A DNA stretch of 37,084 nt. Origin: a virus. Below the pieces are notes generated by a model. It did not search any database, was not told the DNA's origin, and was given only the letters and a program-made list of their open reading frames with translations. The stretch is taken from IMG/VR virus record IMGVR_UViG_3300031616_000017, positions 1 through 37,084 of that record; one strand, given 5' to 3'. Both the position numbers and the translations under genes were made by a program. This document shows positions 15,316 to 23,827 of the stretch, piece by piece (the stretch's first letter is position 1; each line of letters opens with the position of its first letter).

Positions 15316-17769
15316 TCAGGCGGCCCATCGGTCGTCCTTTTCGCTCTGGTTTTGCTTGAATTCGAACATGCACTGGGTGAGCCAGACGGCGGGGTCTTCG
15401 TTTTCCGGCATGGCGGTCTTGGCTTCCTGCAGGACGGCGAGCGGCGGGATGACGAAGACCTTGGGGTCGGTCTTGCCAGTGCAGTGCAGGTCGGCGTAGC
15501 AGCGGGCGCGCTTTTTCCCCCAGCCGGGAAGGCGCGCGACGGCGCCGTGGAACATGTTGCTGGCGCGCGGGCGCTGTTCGCCGTTTGATCGGCACCACTT
15601 GAGGTAGGCGGCGTAGAGGTCGGTGGCCAGGCAGGGCACCACCGGCCAGTCGGTGTCGCCGCTGATCCATTCGTTGATGAAGCGGTGCTCGCTGGGCAAA
15701 GACAGGGCGATGAGGCTTTTCTTGGCCTCGGTCATCGGCGGGCGCTTCTTCGGGTGGAAGTCGGCGAGGTCTAGGTTGAGCAGGTAGTGGTAGAAGGCTT
15801 CGACGCCGCCGTTGTCGAGCTCGATATTGACTTCGTCGTAGGTGGTGGCCGAGAGCTGCGGCGGGGTCCAGATAACGCAGTGCCGGCGGTCGTCGTTCTC
15901 GATCGGCAGCGGCTGGTTTTCGTTGGAGAGGAAGGCGACATTGACCTGGTTGCGCTGGCGGTAGGCGGTGATGCCCTTCGGATTGACGCGCACCCACTCG
16001 CCGGTAATCAGTTCCTTGAGCTCGTTCTTGATGTGCCACATTTCGGCGCGGGTGACGACTTCCTCGGCGAGGATGAAGAGCTTGGAGTCGGACCAGTCGG
16101 CGTTGAACTTGTCTTCGAGGCCGCGCTGGTTGAGCACGGTGGAGTAGTCGCCGTAGATTTTGGCGAGGGTCTGGAATATGGTGCTTTTGCCGGTGCCCTG
16201 CGGGCCGTGCATGATTACCGCGCTGCTCATCTTGGCGCCCGGATGCTGCAGCGGGTAGGCCATCCAGCATAGGAGCCAGCGATAGACTTCTCGGTGGTTG
16301 GCTTCGCCCTGGCACATGTATTCGATCAGCTCGAGCAGGCGCTCGCAGCTGCCGGCCTTGGGCTGCATCGGCCAGCCCTTCCAGGTGTTGAGCTTGACGA
16401 TCTTGTCGACGCCGGACGGGTCGAAGCCGACTTCGTCGAGGTAGTAGGCGCCGCGGTTGATCCAGGTGCTGTTGCGCTTGACGTCGTCCCAGCGCACGCC
16501 GGCCGGCAGCAGGGCGAGCATCTGGTCCTTGAGGGCGAGCTTGTTGGTCCAGTTGTCGAAGACGTATTTGCCGGTGCCGTCGTCGAGCGGGACGAAGCGG
16601 TCGATGGCGTCGAGAAGATCCATCACTGAGAGGGCGCGCTGCCGGCCTTCGGCCTTGTCGGCTTTTTCCCCTCCCCCCTTGGTGGCGGATTCCCGCGCCT
16701 GCGGAAGGCTCCAGCCAATCGTCCGGAGGTGGGCTTCGATCTGTTCGCGGACGACGTGCTGGCCTTCGGCTTGCTGGATGTCGTTGAAGTCGGTGATTTT
16801 CTTGCCGGCGCGATCGGCGGCGAAAATGGGCAGGAGATACGATCCGCCAACGGCGACGGCGGCGTTGCGGGCGGCGGTCTCGCCGGGGTTTGATTGTTCG
16901 TGAAGTTTTCCGCAGTGGCAGCAGATTGGGTCTTCCACCAAAGTAACAAGGCCGCAATGCTTGCATTTCTGCAGGTAGTCGTCGTCGGCACAGATGAGGA
17001 TCTGGCCGGTCTTGTAGCGTTTGGCGATGGCCTGGGCGACAGGCATCAGACTGCCGGCGTCGAAGGCGATGGCGACCGGCAGGCCGGTGGCTTCATGCAG
17101 GCTGGCGCCGGTGGCGTAGCCTTCGGCGATCAGGACGAGGCCGGACGGGCTGCCGCCGATAAGGTGAAAGGCGCCGACTTTATCCATGCCGCCCGGCCAA
17201 TACTGCTTGCCGAGCTTGTTGCCGCGATCCTTGCCGCGAATGATCTGCAGGCCGGCGAGCTTGCCGTCGCGCAGCATGGGGATGGCGCAGGTGCCGTTGC
17301 CCGAGGGCGAGAAGCGCAGGCCGTGGGCGGCGACGCCCTTCTTCTTGAGGTAGTCGGACTCGCCTTCGGGGGTGTATTTGTGCCAGGCGCGGGCGGCTTC
17401 TTCGGCTGCGCGGTGCGCTTCGGCGGCGCGAATGGCCTTGGCGCGCTTCATGTTGGCGTCGTGCCGGGCGCGGATGGCGTCCTTTTCGGCAGACGTCAGC
17501 GCCGGGCCGTCGCGCTTGAGGATGATCTTGGTCTTGCCGTTGTCGTTGCCCTGGTAGATGCCCCAGGCGCCGACGATGTAGCACTTGCGCTGGCCGTCGG
17601 CGTCGGTGAGGTCGATGTCGTGCAGCCAGTACCAGCCGCGCTTCTCGCGCCCGCCGTCCTCGGTAAAGCAGCGCACCGGGCGTGGGGTTCCGACTTCGAT
17701 GCCGTCGCGCAGGAGCAGGCCGCCGGCTTGAAGCTGGTCGACTACGTGGTCGTAGTTGGCGTAGCTCAT
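15316..17769 (-). CDS. Primase-helicase (Toprim primase domain plus D5/P4-type SF3 NTPase)
   Basis: Toprim motifs are LIAEGYATG and ICADDD. The Walker A is MHGPQGTGKST and the Walker B is LFILAEE. 817 aa from MSYANYDHV, ATGA-coupled upstream. Confidence 0.85.
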   Translation of the reverse strand: MSYANYDHVVDQLQAGGLLLRDGIEVGTPRPVRCFTEDGGREKRGWYWLHDIDLTDADGQRKCYIVGAWGIYQGNDNGKTKIILKRDGPALTSAEKDAIRARHDANMKRAKAIRAAEAHRAAEEAARAWHKYTPEGESDYLKKKGVAAHGLRFSPSGNGTCAIPMLRDGKLAGLQIIRGKDRGNKLGKQYWPGGMDKVGAFHLIGGSPSGLVLIAEGYATGASLHEATGLPVAIAFDAGSLMPVAQAIAKRYKTGQILICADDDYLQKCKHCGLVTLVEDPICCHCGKLHEQSNPGETAARNAAVAVGGSYLLPIFAADRAGKKITDFNDIQQAEGQHVVREQIEAHLRTIGWSLPQARESATKGGGEKADKAEGRQRALSVMDLLDAIDRFVPLDDGTGKYVFDNWTNKLALKDQMLALLPAGVRWDDVKRNSTWINRGAYYLDEVGFDPSGVDKIVKLNTWKGWPMQPKAGSCERLLELIEYMCQGEANHREVYRWLLCWMAYPLQHPGAKMSSAVIMHGPQGTGKSTIFQTLAKIYGDYSTVLNQRGLEDKFNADWSDSKLFILAEEVVTRAEMWHIKNELKELITGEWVRVNPKGITAYRQRNQVNVAFLSNENQPLPIENDDRRHCVIWTPPQLSATTYDEVNIELDNGGVEAFYHYLLNLDLADFHPKKRPPMTEAKKSLIALSLPSEHRFINEWISGDTDWPVVPCLATDLYAAYLKWCRSNGEQRPRASNMFHGAVARLPGWGKKRARCYADLHCTGKTDPKVFVIPPLAVLQEAKTAMPENEDPAVWLTQCMFEFKQNQSEKDDRWAA

Positions 17770-18446
17770 CGTGCCGTCCTCAGAGCGTCGGCCAGGGCGG
17801 CGTCGAACTGGCGCGGCCATTCGGCGGCGACGATGGCGGCGGCCTTGCGCTGGAAGTCGAAGCGGGGTTTGTACTTGGCCGGCGTGGACGGGAAGACGAT
17901 CAGCGGAATGAGGATGTGCCGGCCGTTCTGGACGACGCGCTTGTAGATTCCGCGCGGGTATTTTTTGCCGCCCTGGTCGGTCGGATCGCCGTAGAACAGC
18001 TCGACCTTGTTGCTGATCTGCACGCGGCGCGCCTTGACCTTGCCGAGCTTGCGTTCATTGTTGGCCACCGCCAGCAACTGGGCGATCAAACCCTTCGGAA
18101 TGTTGCCGAACTCATTGACCTTGATTGCCCCCGGCAGACGCAGTCCGCCAGATCCGGGATGACGCACGCCGCCAGCGATCTGCAGCAGCATGTATTTCGC
18201 CTGTGCGGCCATGAAGCCGACCGTCGCTGAAAGATTCGCCTTGTTGGCGTACTTGAGCACGCGCACTCCGCGCTTCGTGAATGGCGTCGGCTTGTCGATT
18301 GCCCGCTCGATCTCGGCCGGCATCGCCTCGGCGACTTTCTGCGCCGTGGCGTTCAGCGCGCGGCTGGCGGCGAAGGGAATCTGCCGCGCCTTGCCGGCGA
18401 GCTTCGCCTTGAGCGCATCCAGCCCTTCGATCCGAACATTGATCAT
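17766..18446 (-). CDS. Hypothetical protein (226 aa)
   Basis: Start is MINVRIEGLDALKAKL with SD GGGAG. ATGA-coupled on both sides. The N-terminus faintly resembles HK97-gp10/virion-morphogenesis proteins, but this is not secure. Confidence 0.5.
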   Translation of the reverse strand: MINVRIEGLDALKAKLAGKARQIPFAASRALNATAQKVAEAMPAEIERAIDKPTPFTKRGVRVLKYANKANLSATVGFMAAQAKYMLLQIAGGVRHPGSGGLRLPGAIKVNEFGNIPKGLIAQLLAVANNERKLGKVKARRVQISNKVELFYGDPTDQGGKKYPRGIYKRVVQNGRHILIPLIVFPSTPAKYKPRFDFQRKAAAIVAAEWPRQFDAALADALRTAR

Positions 18447-18655
18447 CGTCCACTCCCTGACTGAAGCCTCGGCGGGATCTGACGCGGCTTGCTGCCGACC
18501 TCGACCCCGCTCTCGCTGGCCCAAAAAGTACCCTCGCCGGCCATTCCAGCGCGGATTTGTGTGTTGATTTCCACCGCTCCAAACGCCTCGCGCAGCTCAT
18601 CGACAAACGCCGAAACCACCGGCATCGTCTCGCGCAGGCTTTTCACCTTGCTCAA
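18443..18655 (-). CDS. Small hypothetical protein (start uncertain: TTG 18655 or ATG 18625)
   Basis: Balanced composition (VSAFVDELREAFGAVEINTQIRAG...). ATGA coupling to the next gene. Confidence 0.5.
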   Translation of the reverse strand: MSKVKSLRETMPVVSAFVDELREAFGAVEINTQIRAGMAGEGTFWASESGVEVGSKPRQIPPRLQSGSGR

Positions 18656-18787
18656 ATGCCACGCCCTAGCGGATTCGCGATCTGCGAATGACCCGCGTGT
18701 AAGAAGCTCAGGGAGGACCCGTGGCCTGGCATGCCTTGCCGTTGACTTGAGGCGCTGCCGGCTACTCGGGGGGTGGGGATTGCATAG

Positions 18788-19000
18788 CTACCCACGGCGA
18801 ACCTCCGCGCTCTTGCGTGCGGCGTGGTCGTCGGCGCAGTCCTTGTCGCAGAAGCGCAAGCCCGGCGGCACGGAGGACTGGCAGTTGTAGCACGCGCCAC
18901 AGGCCGGCAGCAGTGTCGATGCCGCGCTGCGCAGTGTTGCGGCGATGGCATTGGCGCGGTCCATCTGTTCACGCTCCTGAGCGCGATCGATCTCATCCAT
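18788..19000 (-). CDS. TraR/DksA-family C4 zinc-finger protein
   Basis: MDEIDRAQEREQMDRANAI... followed by CGACYNC...FCDKDC. Confidence 0.75.
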   Translation of the reverse strand: MDEIDRAQEREQMDRANAIAATLRSAASTLLPACGACYNCQSSVPPGLRFCDKDCADDHAARKSAEVRRG

Positions 19001-19002
19001 GG

Positions 19003-19257
19003 TTACTCGGTTCCGCGTAGCAGGTCTAGGGGGTTGCTGGTAGAGACATAGGCCCGCTTGCGTGACTTTCCGGGCATTTCGTCATCCGCGTCATCGCCGG
19101 ACAATGCAGCTATCGCAAAGGCCCGCATCTTCTGCTTGGCCAGCAACCGGAGCAGCGCCGAATGACTCAGCCCGTCCGATTCCGCAATCGCCACCAGCGC
19201 CAGATACTCATCGGCGTTAAAGCTCACCTTGACAATAATGTCGCGGGCCATCGTCAT
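19003..19257 (-). CDS. Ribbon-helix-helix (CopG/MobC-like) DNA-binding protein
   Basis: VSFNADEYLALVAIAESDGLSHSALLRLL fits the RHH pattern. 84 aa. Confidence 0.6.
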   Translation of the reverse strand: MTMARDIIVKVSFNADEYLALVAIAESDGLSHSALLRLLAKQKMRAFAIAALSGDDADDEMPGKSRKRAYVSTSNPLDLLRGTE

Positions 19258-19423
19258 CCCATCGAAAAAGACAGCCCCACCCGGCGCGAACCGGGCGAGG
19301 CCAAAACCATGCGGGAGACAATCGCAGGATTACCGAGGGAGGGAACGGTAATAAGGGCGGCGGCCCCTGTTGTAGAATCGAAAGTTCTCACGCCATCAAT
19401 CCAGAAAACCAGCAGGGGCCGCC

Positions 19424-19690
19424 ATGGAACAAAACGTACAAGAACAGATCGCCACTCGATTGATCGTCATCGAAACAATGCTTTCGTTTCTCCTGGCGCG
19501 CGAGGCGGCGCACAACAACGTCAATCTGGAGCCCATCCACTCAGCCATGATCAGCGCGATTTCCGGGAGCGTGACAAACGCAACAGGCCGGGGAGATTTG
19601 AGCGCGAGAATCGAACAACATATCGACTCGATTTACTCGATGGCCTCTGTTTTTTTGGCACAGATGCCGACTGGGCCGCATCAAAAATAA
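19424..19690 (+). CDS. Hypothetical helical protein (88 aa) in the low-GC immunity region
   Basis: Balanced composition, AGGGG SD-like sequence, TAGAAT -10-like hexamer at 19373-19378. It conflicts with the antisense ORF 19551..19763. Confidence 0.4.
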   Translation: MEQNVQEQIATRLIVIETMLSFLLAREAAHNNVNLEPIHSAMISAISGSVTNATGRGDLSARIEQHIDSIYSMASVFLAQMPTGPHQK

Positions 19691-19764
19691 ATGCCCCTGC
19701 GGCAATATCCGCACAGATCGCCACTTTGATTGAATCAATCATGTCGTCGATTCGCTGGCTCATC

Positions 19765-19953
19765 TCAGGCGGCCTCTTTCTTTTCGGTGCCGCGCAAGAA
19801 AATATCTTGATGCTGAACTTTTACCGCCGCGGGGATGCCTCTCGACATCCAGTTGTGCACGCGCTGCACCCCGCCATCCTTGACGCTGTAGCCAAGAAGC
19901 CGAGCCACTTCAGCCGGCCCGCCTAGCGATTTAATAAGGGTTTTGTCATCCAT
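19765..19953 (-). CDS. Cro-like HTH repressor
   Basis: LIKSLGGPAEVARLLGYS...VHNWMSRGIPA is a Cro/YdaS-type HTH. The gene is divergent from the CI-type repressor. Confidence 0.7.
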   Translation of the reverse strand: MDDKTLIKSLGGPAEVARLLGYSVKDGGVQRVHNWMSRGIPAAVKVQHQDIFLRGTEKKEAA

Positions 19954-19960
19954 GAAAACA

Positions 19961-19990
19961 ATTCTAAACGACGTGTTTAGTTTTTGTCAA
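19961..19990 (-). promoter_or_regulatory. Sigma70-type promoter for the cro-like operon (TTGACA-18-TAGAAT), possibly producing a leaderless mRNA
   Basis: The minus strand reads TTGACAaaaactaaacacgtcgtt-TAGAAT-tgttttc-ATG, so only 7 nt separate the -10 from the ATG. Confidence 0.55.
19965..19979. promoter_or_regulatory. Operator TAAAC-N5-GTTTA (perfect dyad) inside the cro promoter spacer
   Basis: The plus strand reads cTAAACgacgtGTTTAg. The same dyad geometry recurs at 21090-21104 and, imperfectly, at 20002-20016. Confidence 0.6.
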
Positions 19991-20001
19991 CGCCACGTGA
20001 A

Positions 20002-20016
20002 TCAACGGAGTGTTTA
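20002..20016. promoter_or_regulatory. Imperfect operator TCAAC-N5-GTTTA overlapping the SD of the repressor gene
   Basis: The sequence is tcaacggagtgttta. It ends 1 nt before the ATG at 20018. Confidence 0.4.
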
Positions 20017-20017
20017 G

Positions 20018-20737
20018 ATGGCTACTATCAACCGCATGACACCAGATGCGAAACGATTACTTGACGCGGCGCGAGACCTCAAAAGATTAAAAAGTTACGC
20101 GGACATCGCACGACTCCTCGGCGAGTCCGACCAGACCATGACCAACTGGAAGCGCCGCGGCGTTCCCAAGGAAAAGACCGTTGAAATCTGCCAGAAGATC
20201 GGGTGCCGTCCAGAATGGCTAGAGACCGGCGAATCTCCGATGGTCGAAGAGAAGCGCCTATTACCTTCAGCCGATTTCAAAGTTTCTGAACAACGCGCAC
20301 ACTACACGCCACATAAAAACGTGGAGCCAGGCCCTGATATCAAGGGCCGGATTCCGCTAATTTCGGGGGTGAATGCGGGGATGTGGACAGTAGAAGTGGA
20401 TATTTACGAGCCAGGCTATGCCGAGCTCTGGCTCCCGATTCTGAAGGGAAACAGCGAGCATACGTTTGCGCTGCGTGTCGTCGGCGACTCGATGACTGCA
20501 CGCTTCGGGAAGAGCTACCCGGACGGGTGCATCATTCTTGTTGACCCCAGCAAGCGTGACCCGATCAATGGCGACCGAATTATTGCCAAATTAGCCGGCT
20601 GCGACGATGTCACGCTCAAGGTTTACACCGAGGAGGCTGGACGGCGATGGCTTAGGTCGCTTAACGATCATTACCCGCCTATCTACGATGAATTTACTGT
20701 CATCGGCAAGGTTATGTGGAAACTTGAGGAAGACTAG
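20018..20737 (+). CDS. CI-type repressor: N-terminal HTH plus C-terminal S24 (LexA-like) autopeptidase
   Basis: The HTH is YADIARLLGESDQTMTNWKRRGVP. The S24 motifs are VVGDSM and IIAKL...KV. 239 aa. Confidence 0.85.
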   Translation: MATINRMTPDAKRLLDAARDLKRLKSYADIARLLGESDQTMTNWKRRGVPKEKTVEICQKIGCRPEWLETGESPMVEEKRLLPSADFKVSEQRAHYTPHKNVEPGPDIKGRIPLISGVNAGMWTVEVDIYEPGYAELWLPILKGNSEHTFALRVVGDSMTARFGKSYPDGCIILVDPSKRDPINGDRIIAKLAGCDDVTLKVYTEEAGRRWLRSLNDHYPPIYDEFTVIGKVMWKLEED

Positions 20738-20739
20738 CC

Positions 20740-21006
20740 GTGGAATACCTGATGATCTGGCTCCTCTTCGGGTTCGCGGCCATGCTGATCGCCAACAGCA
20801 AAAGCCGTAGCGGCTGCGGATGGTTTATCCTGGGCCTGTTGCTCGGCCCATTCGCCCTCGTCGTCGCCGCACTGCCAACGGCACAGGACGACGCCCCGCT
20901 GAACAAAACGCACGCGCGGTGCCCGGACTGCAGAGAACTCGTTCTCATCGATGCCCGCAAATGCAAGCACTGCGGGTGCGCGCTGATCCCGCTTTCGGAG
21001 CAATAG
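20740..21006 (+). CDS. Two-TM membrane protein with a C-terminal CxxC...CxxC zinc ribbon (possible superinfection-exclusion moron)
   Basis: GTG start with SD GAGGAAG. The TM segments are LLFGFAAMLIA and WFILGLLLGPFALVVAAL. The zinc ribbon is CPDC...CKHC. It is co-oriented with the repressor and followed by a terminator. Confidence 0.65.
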   Translation: MEYLMIWLLFGFAAMLIANSKSRSGCGWFILGLLLGPFALVVAALPTAQDDAPLNKTHARCPDCRELVLIDARKCKHCGCALIPLSEQ

Positions 21007-21035
21007 CACAGCCCACAAATCCACAAGCACACAGA

Positions 21036-21059
21036 GCCGCCGATCGGCGGTCTTTTTTT
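21036..21059 (+). terminator. Rho-independent terminator after the immunity operon
   Basis: The sequence is gccgccgatcggcggtcttttttt. Confidence 0.75.
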
Positions 21060-21079
21060 GCCCGAAACTACACGCCGCG

Positions 21080-21108
21080 TTGACAACAATAAACATAGTG
21101 TTTAGTAT
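21080..21108 (+). promoter_or_regulatory. Sigma70-type promoter (TTGACA-17-TAGTAT) of the plus-strand early operon, with an embedded operator
   Basis: The sequence is ttgaca-acaataaacatagtgtt-tagtat. The operator TAAACatagtGTTTA (21090-21104) overlaps the spacer and the -10. Confidence 0.65.
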
Positions 21109-21138
21109 TACCTCAACACATCCACCGGAGCCCACCCA

Positions 21139-21324
21139 ATGCCCGCCATCACCGCCATCGAAAAAGCAGCCCTGACCGCCCGTTCGGCCGGCATGTTCTT
21201 CCTGCGCGACGCGGCCGGCTTTTCGCTTTATCGCCGGATCTCGCTGCGCCGCGTGTTTCTCGGCCGCGCCAGCACGCCCGATGCCCTGCGCCGGCTCGTC
21301 AGCCGCTGCGCGCGCTGCAAATAA
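21139..21324 (+). CDS. Hypothetical protein (61 aa)
   Basis: First ORF after the promoter, with SD CCGGAG. Confidence 0.5.
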   Translation: MPAITAIEKAALTARSAGMFFLRDAAGFSLYRRISLRRVFLGRASTPDALRRLVSRCARCK

Positions 21325-21334
21325 GGAGACCGAC

Positions 21335-21487
21335 ATGCACCACATCCCGCTCAACGTCGTTCGCACCGCCCTGCTCTACGCCAACACCCTCGCCCGCTTC
21401 CATCTCAGCGACCAGGCGCGCCCGGTGGCGCTGGCGCCCTGGTTGCGCAACCGCCTGAATCGCCGTTTCGCCATTTCGACTCATTAA
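21335..21487 (+). CDS. Hypothetical protein (50 aa)
   Basis: Strong SD AAGGAG 6 nt upstream of the ATG. Confidence 0.55.
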   Translation: MHHIPLNVVRTALLYANTLARFHLSDQARPVALAPWLRNRLNRRFAISTH

Positions 21488-21500
21488 CCGGAGACCGCCC

Positions 21501-22052
21501 ATGGCCGCCCGCCACATCCAGAACACCGCCAGCCAGGCGGTGCGCACCGCCACCGCCCTGCGCAACCTCGCCGAGCACAGCGGCATCGAGCGCGACGACT
21601 CGGCGCTGCTGCGCAAGAGCGCGCAGATCCTCGAATCTTTCGGCAAGATCAAGCGCGCCGAGGCCAAAAAAGCGAAACGCGCCGAAGTCGAGCGCGAAGC
21701 CTTCGTCATCAAAGCCACCAGCGTGGCCGCCGCCATGATCGACAATTGGCCACGCAACACGCTCGTCGAGCAGATCGCGCTGATTCGCACGCACTCGGAA
21801 TGGGGATTCGCTTCGCTGACCAGAGATGGCGGCCTTGACGCAGAGCACGGCATCAGATACCACCTCAAAGACGCCCTGCGCGACATCCCGAAAAGCCTCG
21901 CCTACCGGGCGCACAGCACCGGCAGGCCGATCGAAGAACTTATGGACGCTGCGCGAGGCGATTTCGACCGCTGGTGCAGCGCACTCCTCATCCGGAACAC
22001 TGCCGAGCAACTGCAGGCCAAAATCGACGCTCCCGCCAGGAGGGCCGCCTGA
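21501..22052 (+). CDS. Hypothetical protein (183 aa)
   Basis: Balanced composition, SD CCGGAGA, TGATG-coupled to the next ORF. Confidence 0.65.
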   Translation: MAARHIQNTASQAVRTATALRNLAEHSGIERDDSALLRKSAQILESFGKIKRAEAKKAKRAEVEREAFVIKATSVAAAMIDNWPRNTLVEQIALIRTHSEWGFASLTRDGGLDAEHGIRYHLKDALRDIPKSLAYRAHSTGRPIEELMDAARGDFDRWCSALLIRNTAEQLQAKIDAPARRAA

Positions 22053-22282
22053 TGCAAACCATCATCAACTTCCTGCGCCGCACGCTCGCGCTCTACGCCG
22101 TGCGCTGTCTCGAAATCGAACTGCACGACCAGACCACGGCCCTGCAGCACGTCGGCGACGCCGCCACGCAGCGCGCCATCAGCAGCGCCCGCGAGGCCAC
22201 GCAACGCGCCCTGCTCGCCGCCCGCCAGCGCTATATCGCCCGGCTCGCTCCCGGCCACTGCCCGACCTGGAGAACCGCATGA
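22052..22282 (+). CDS. Hypothetical protein (76 aa)
   Basis: Start is MQTIINFLRR with SD CAGGAGGG. Coupled on both sides. Confidence 0.55.
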   Translation: MQTIINFLRRTLALYAVRCLEIELHDQTTALQHVGDAATQRAISSAREATQRALLAARQRYIARLAPGHCPTWRTA

Positions 22283-22377
22283 ACACAATCGACGCCATCA
22301 TGCTCGCATGGCTCGGACTCTCGCCGATCATCGGCCTCATCGTCGGCCTCGCCGTGCGCGTCGGGAGCGGCGAATGA
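22279..22377 (+). CDS. Small single-TM peptide (32 aa)
   Basis: The sequence is MNTIDAIMLAWLGLSPIIGLIVGLAVRVGSGE. ATGA-coupled on both sides. Confidence 0.45.
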   Translation: MNTIDAIMLAWLGLSPIIGLIVGLAVRVGSGE

Positions 22378-22613
22378 ATACCCGGCCGAATGACCCCGTG
22401 CTGATCGGCATCAGCCTGCGCCCGGTCTGGATCCCCGGCCTGGAACGCGCCGTCGACCTGCTGCGCGAGCGCCACCCCGGCATGCCGGACGGCGAATTGC
22501 TTGAGCGCCTGATGGTCACCGGCATCTGCGGTGTGCTCGACTTCTACGCACCAACGGTCGAAGAGGCGCCATTCGGCCAGGTCGGGCAACAGGTTGTGGC
22601 GGTGATCGCATGA
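22374..22613 (+). CDS. Hypothetical protein (79 aa)
   Basis: ATGA-coupled on both sides. Confidence 0.5.
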   Translation: MNTRPNDPVLIGISLRPVWIPGLERAVDLLRERHPGMPDGELLERLMVTGICGVLDFYAPTVEEAPFGQVGQQVVAVIA

Positions 22614-23002
22614 TCACACACGCCCGCATCCTCGCCGACCGCCCGCAATCCGGCGTCAGCCTGGCGCGCCTCGTCTTCGACTATTTCGAGCCGACAGTGA
22701 TCGCCGCACCGAAACACACCAAAAACGTCCATCCGCTCGGTCATCCACCGAAAGATGAGCGGTTTTCGTGCAACCGCAACGGCACATCAGCAGCGATCAT
22801 CAAGGCAGCTGCTGACCGAATTGCTATTTACGGCCCGGTGATGCGCAAAAAAGGCTGGATGAATATCGCAAAAATCCATTCCGCCACGGGGATCTGCCCG
22901 GACTCCATCCGGCAACGGCTGAGGAAACTCGAAAGATCCGGGCATGTGAGTGCGCGCAAGGAACTTGACGGATCGGTATTTTTTCGGTGGATCGGAAAAT
23001 GA
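22610..23002 (+). CDS. Winged-helix DNA-binding protein (130 aa)
   Basis: The C-terminus IAKIHSATGICPDSIRQRLRKLERSGHVSARKE..GSVFFRW fits a MarR-like wHTH pattern. Confidence 0.55.
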   Translation: MITHARILADRPQSGVSLARLVFDYFEPTVIAAPKHTKNVHPLGHPPKDERFSCNRNGTSAAIIKAAADRIAIYGPVMRKKGWMNIAKIHSATGICPDSIRQRLRKLERSGHVSARKELDGSVFFRWIGK

Positions 23003-23166
23003 GCCGCGCATCCAACATCCACACCGCCAAGGTCTATCTGGCCCAGTCCCGGCACTTCACCGCCCGGGCGCGCGGCTTTTCTTTCGTGCTTCTCGGCTGG
23101 GCATCAAACGCACGGCGCCGCGCCGCAGCAGCAACCAATCAACCGCCGCAAATGAATCTGTTCTAA
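22999..23166 (+). CDS. Hypothetical small protein (55 aa)
   Basis: ATGA-coupled start, read by hand (below the track cutoff). The sequence is MSRASNIHTAKVYLAQSRHF.... Confidence 0.4.
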   Translation: MSRASNIHTAKVYLAQSRHFTARARGFSFVLLGWASNARRRAAAATNQPPQMNLF

Positions 23167-23185
23167 CCCCACCATGGAGACTCGC

Positions 23186-23797
23186 ATGAAATCCTCAATC
23201 GAAGAAATCACCGCCATCCTCGGCACCAGCATGGACGGCGGCTTCTATGCCGGTCGTATCTACGTCGGCGAGCAGCCGTTCGCCCTGATCGTCGCGCCAA
23301 AGACCGAAGGCGAGCACGACGAAACGAAGTGGATAGCCGAATACAAGGACGTACCCGGTTCCCTGTCCTACTTCGACGGTCTGGCCAACACGAAGGCAAT
23401 GGCCGAGGCCGGCAGCAAACTCGCCAAGTGGGCGCTTGATCTTCGCATCGGCGGCCTCGATGACTGGTATCTGCCGGCGCAGGACGAGATGGAGATCATC
23501 TACCGCAACCTGAAACCGACCGCCCAGCCGAACAGCTGCTACGCGCGCTCCGGCATCAACCTGTCGGCCATTACGCCAACGCGCCCATACACACCGGACT
23601 TCCCCTTGCAGACGCCGGCCGAGGCGTTCCGCGCCGGCGGCGAGCAGGCATTCGAGGCCGAGTGGTACTGGAGCTCAACGCAGCACGCCTCGGCCTCGGT
23701 CAACAGCTGGTATCAGGACTTCATCAACGGCTACCAGGACGACCACGGCAAGAGCGCCGAGCTCCGTGCCCGCGCCGTCCGCAGATTGCCAATTTAA
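23186..23797 (+). CDS. DUF1566 (Lcl C-terminal domain) protein, paralog 1
   Basis: Motifs DDWYLPAQDEMEIIYRN, YWSSTQ and AELRARAVRRL. SD GGAGA precedes ATG 23186. Confidence 0.7.
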   Translation: MKSSIEEITAILGTSMDGGFYAGRIYVGEQPFALIVAPKTEGEHDETKWIAEYKDVPGSLSYFDGLANTKAMAEAGSKLAKWALDLRIGGLDDWYLPAQDEMEIIYRNLKPTAQPNSCYARSGINLSAITPTRPYTPDFPLQTPAEAFRAGGEQAFEAEWYWSSTQHASASVNSWYQDFINGYQDDHGKSAELRARAVRRLPI

Positions 23798-23827
23798 CCA
23801 TTCATCAATTTTAAGGAGTCCTCCGAA

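Noticed and set aside
19551-19763. The 70-aa minus-strand ORF immediately after cro as a cII-like gene.
   Set aside because: It is not fully rejected, since its start context is good. Its C-terminal half is Ser/Arg/Lys low complexity and is antisense to a better-looking plus-strand ORF, so it is left unannotated.
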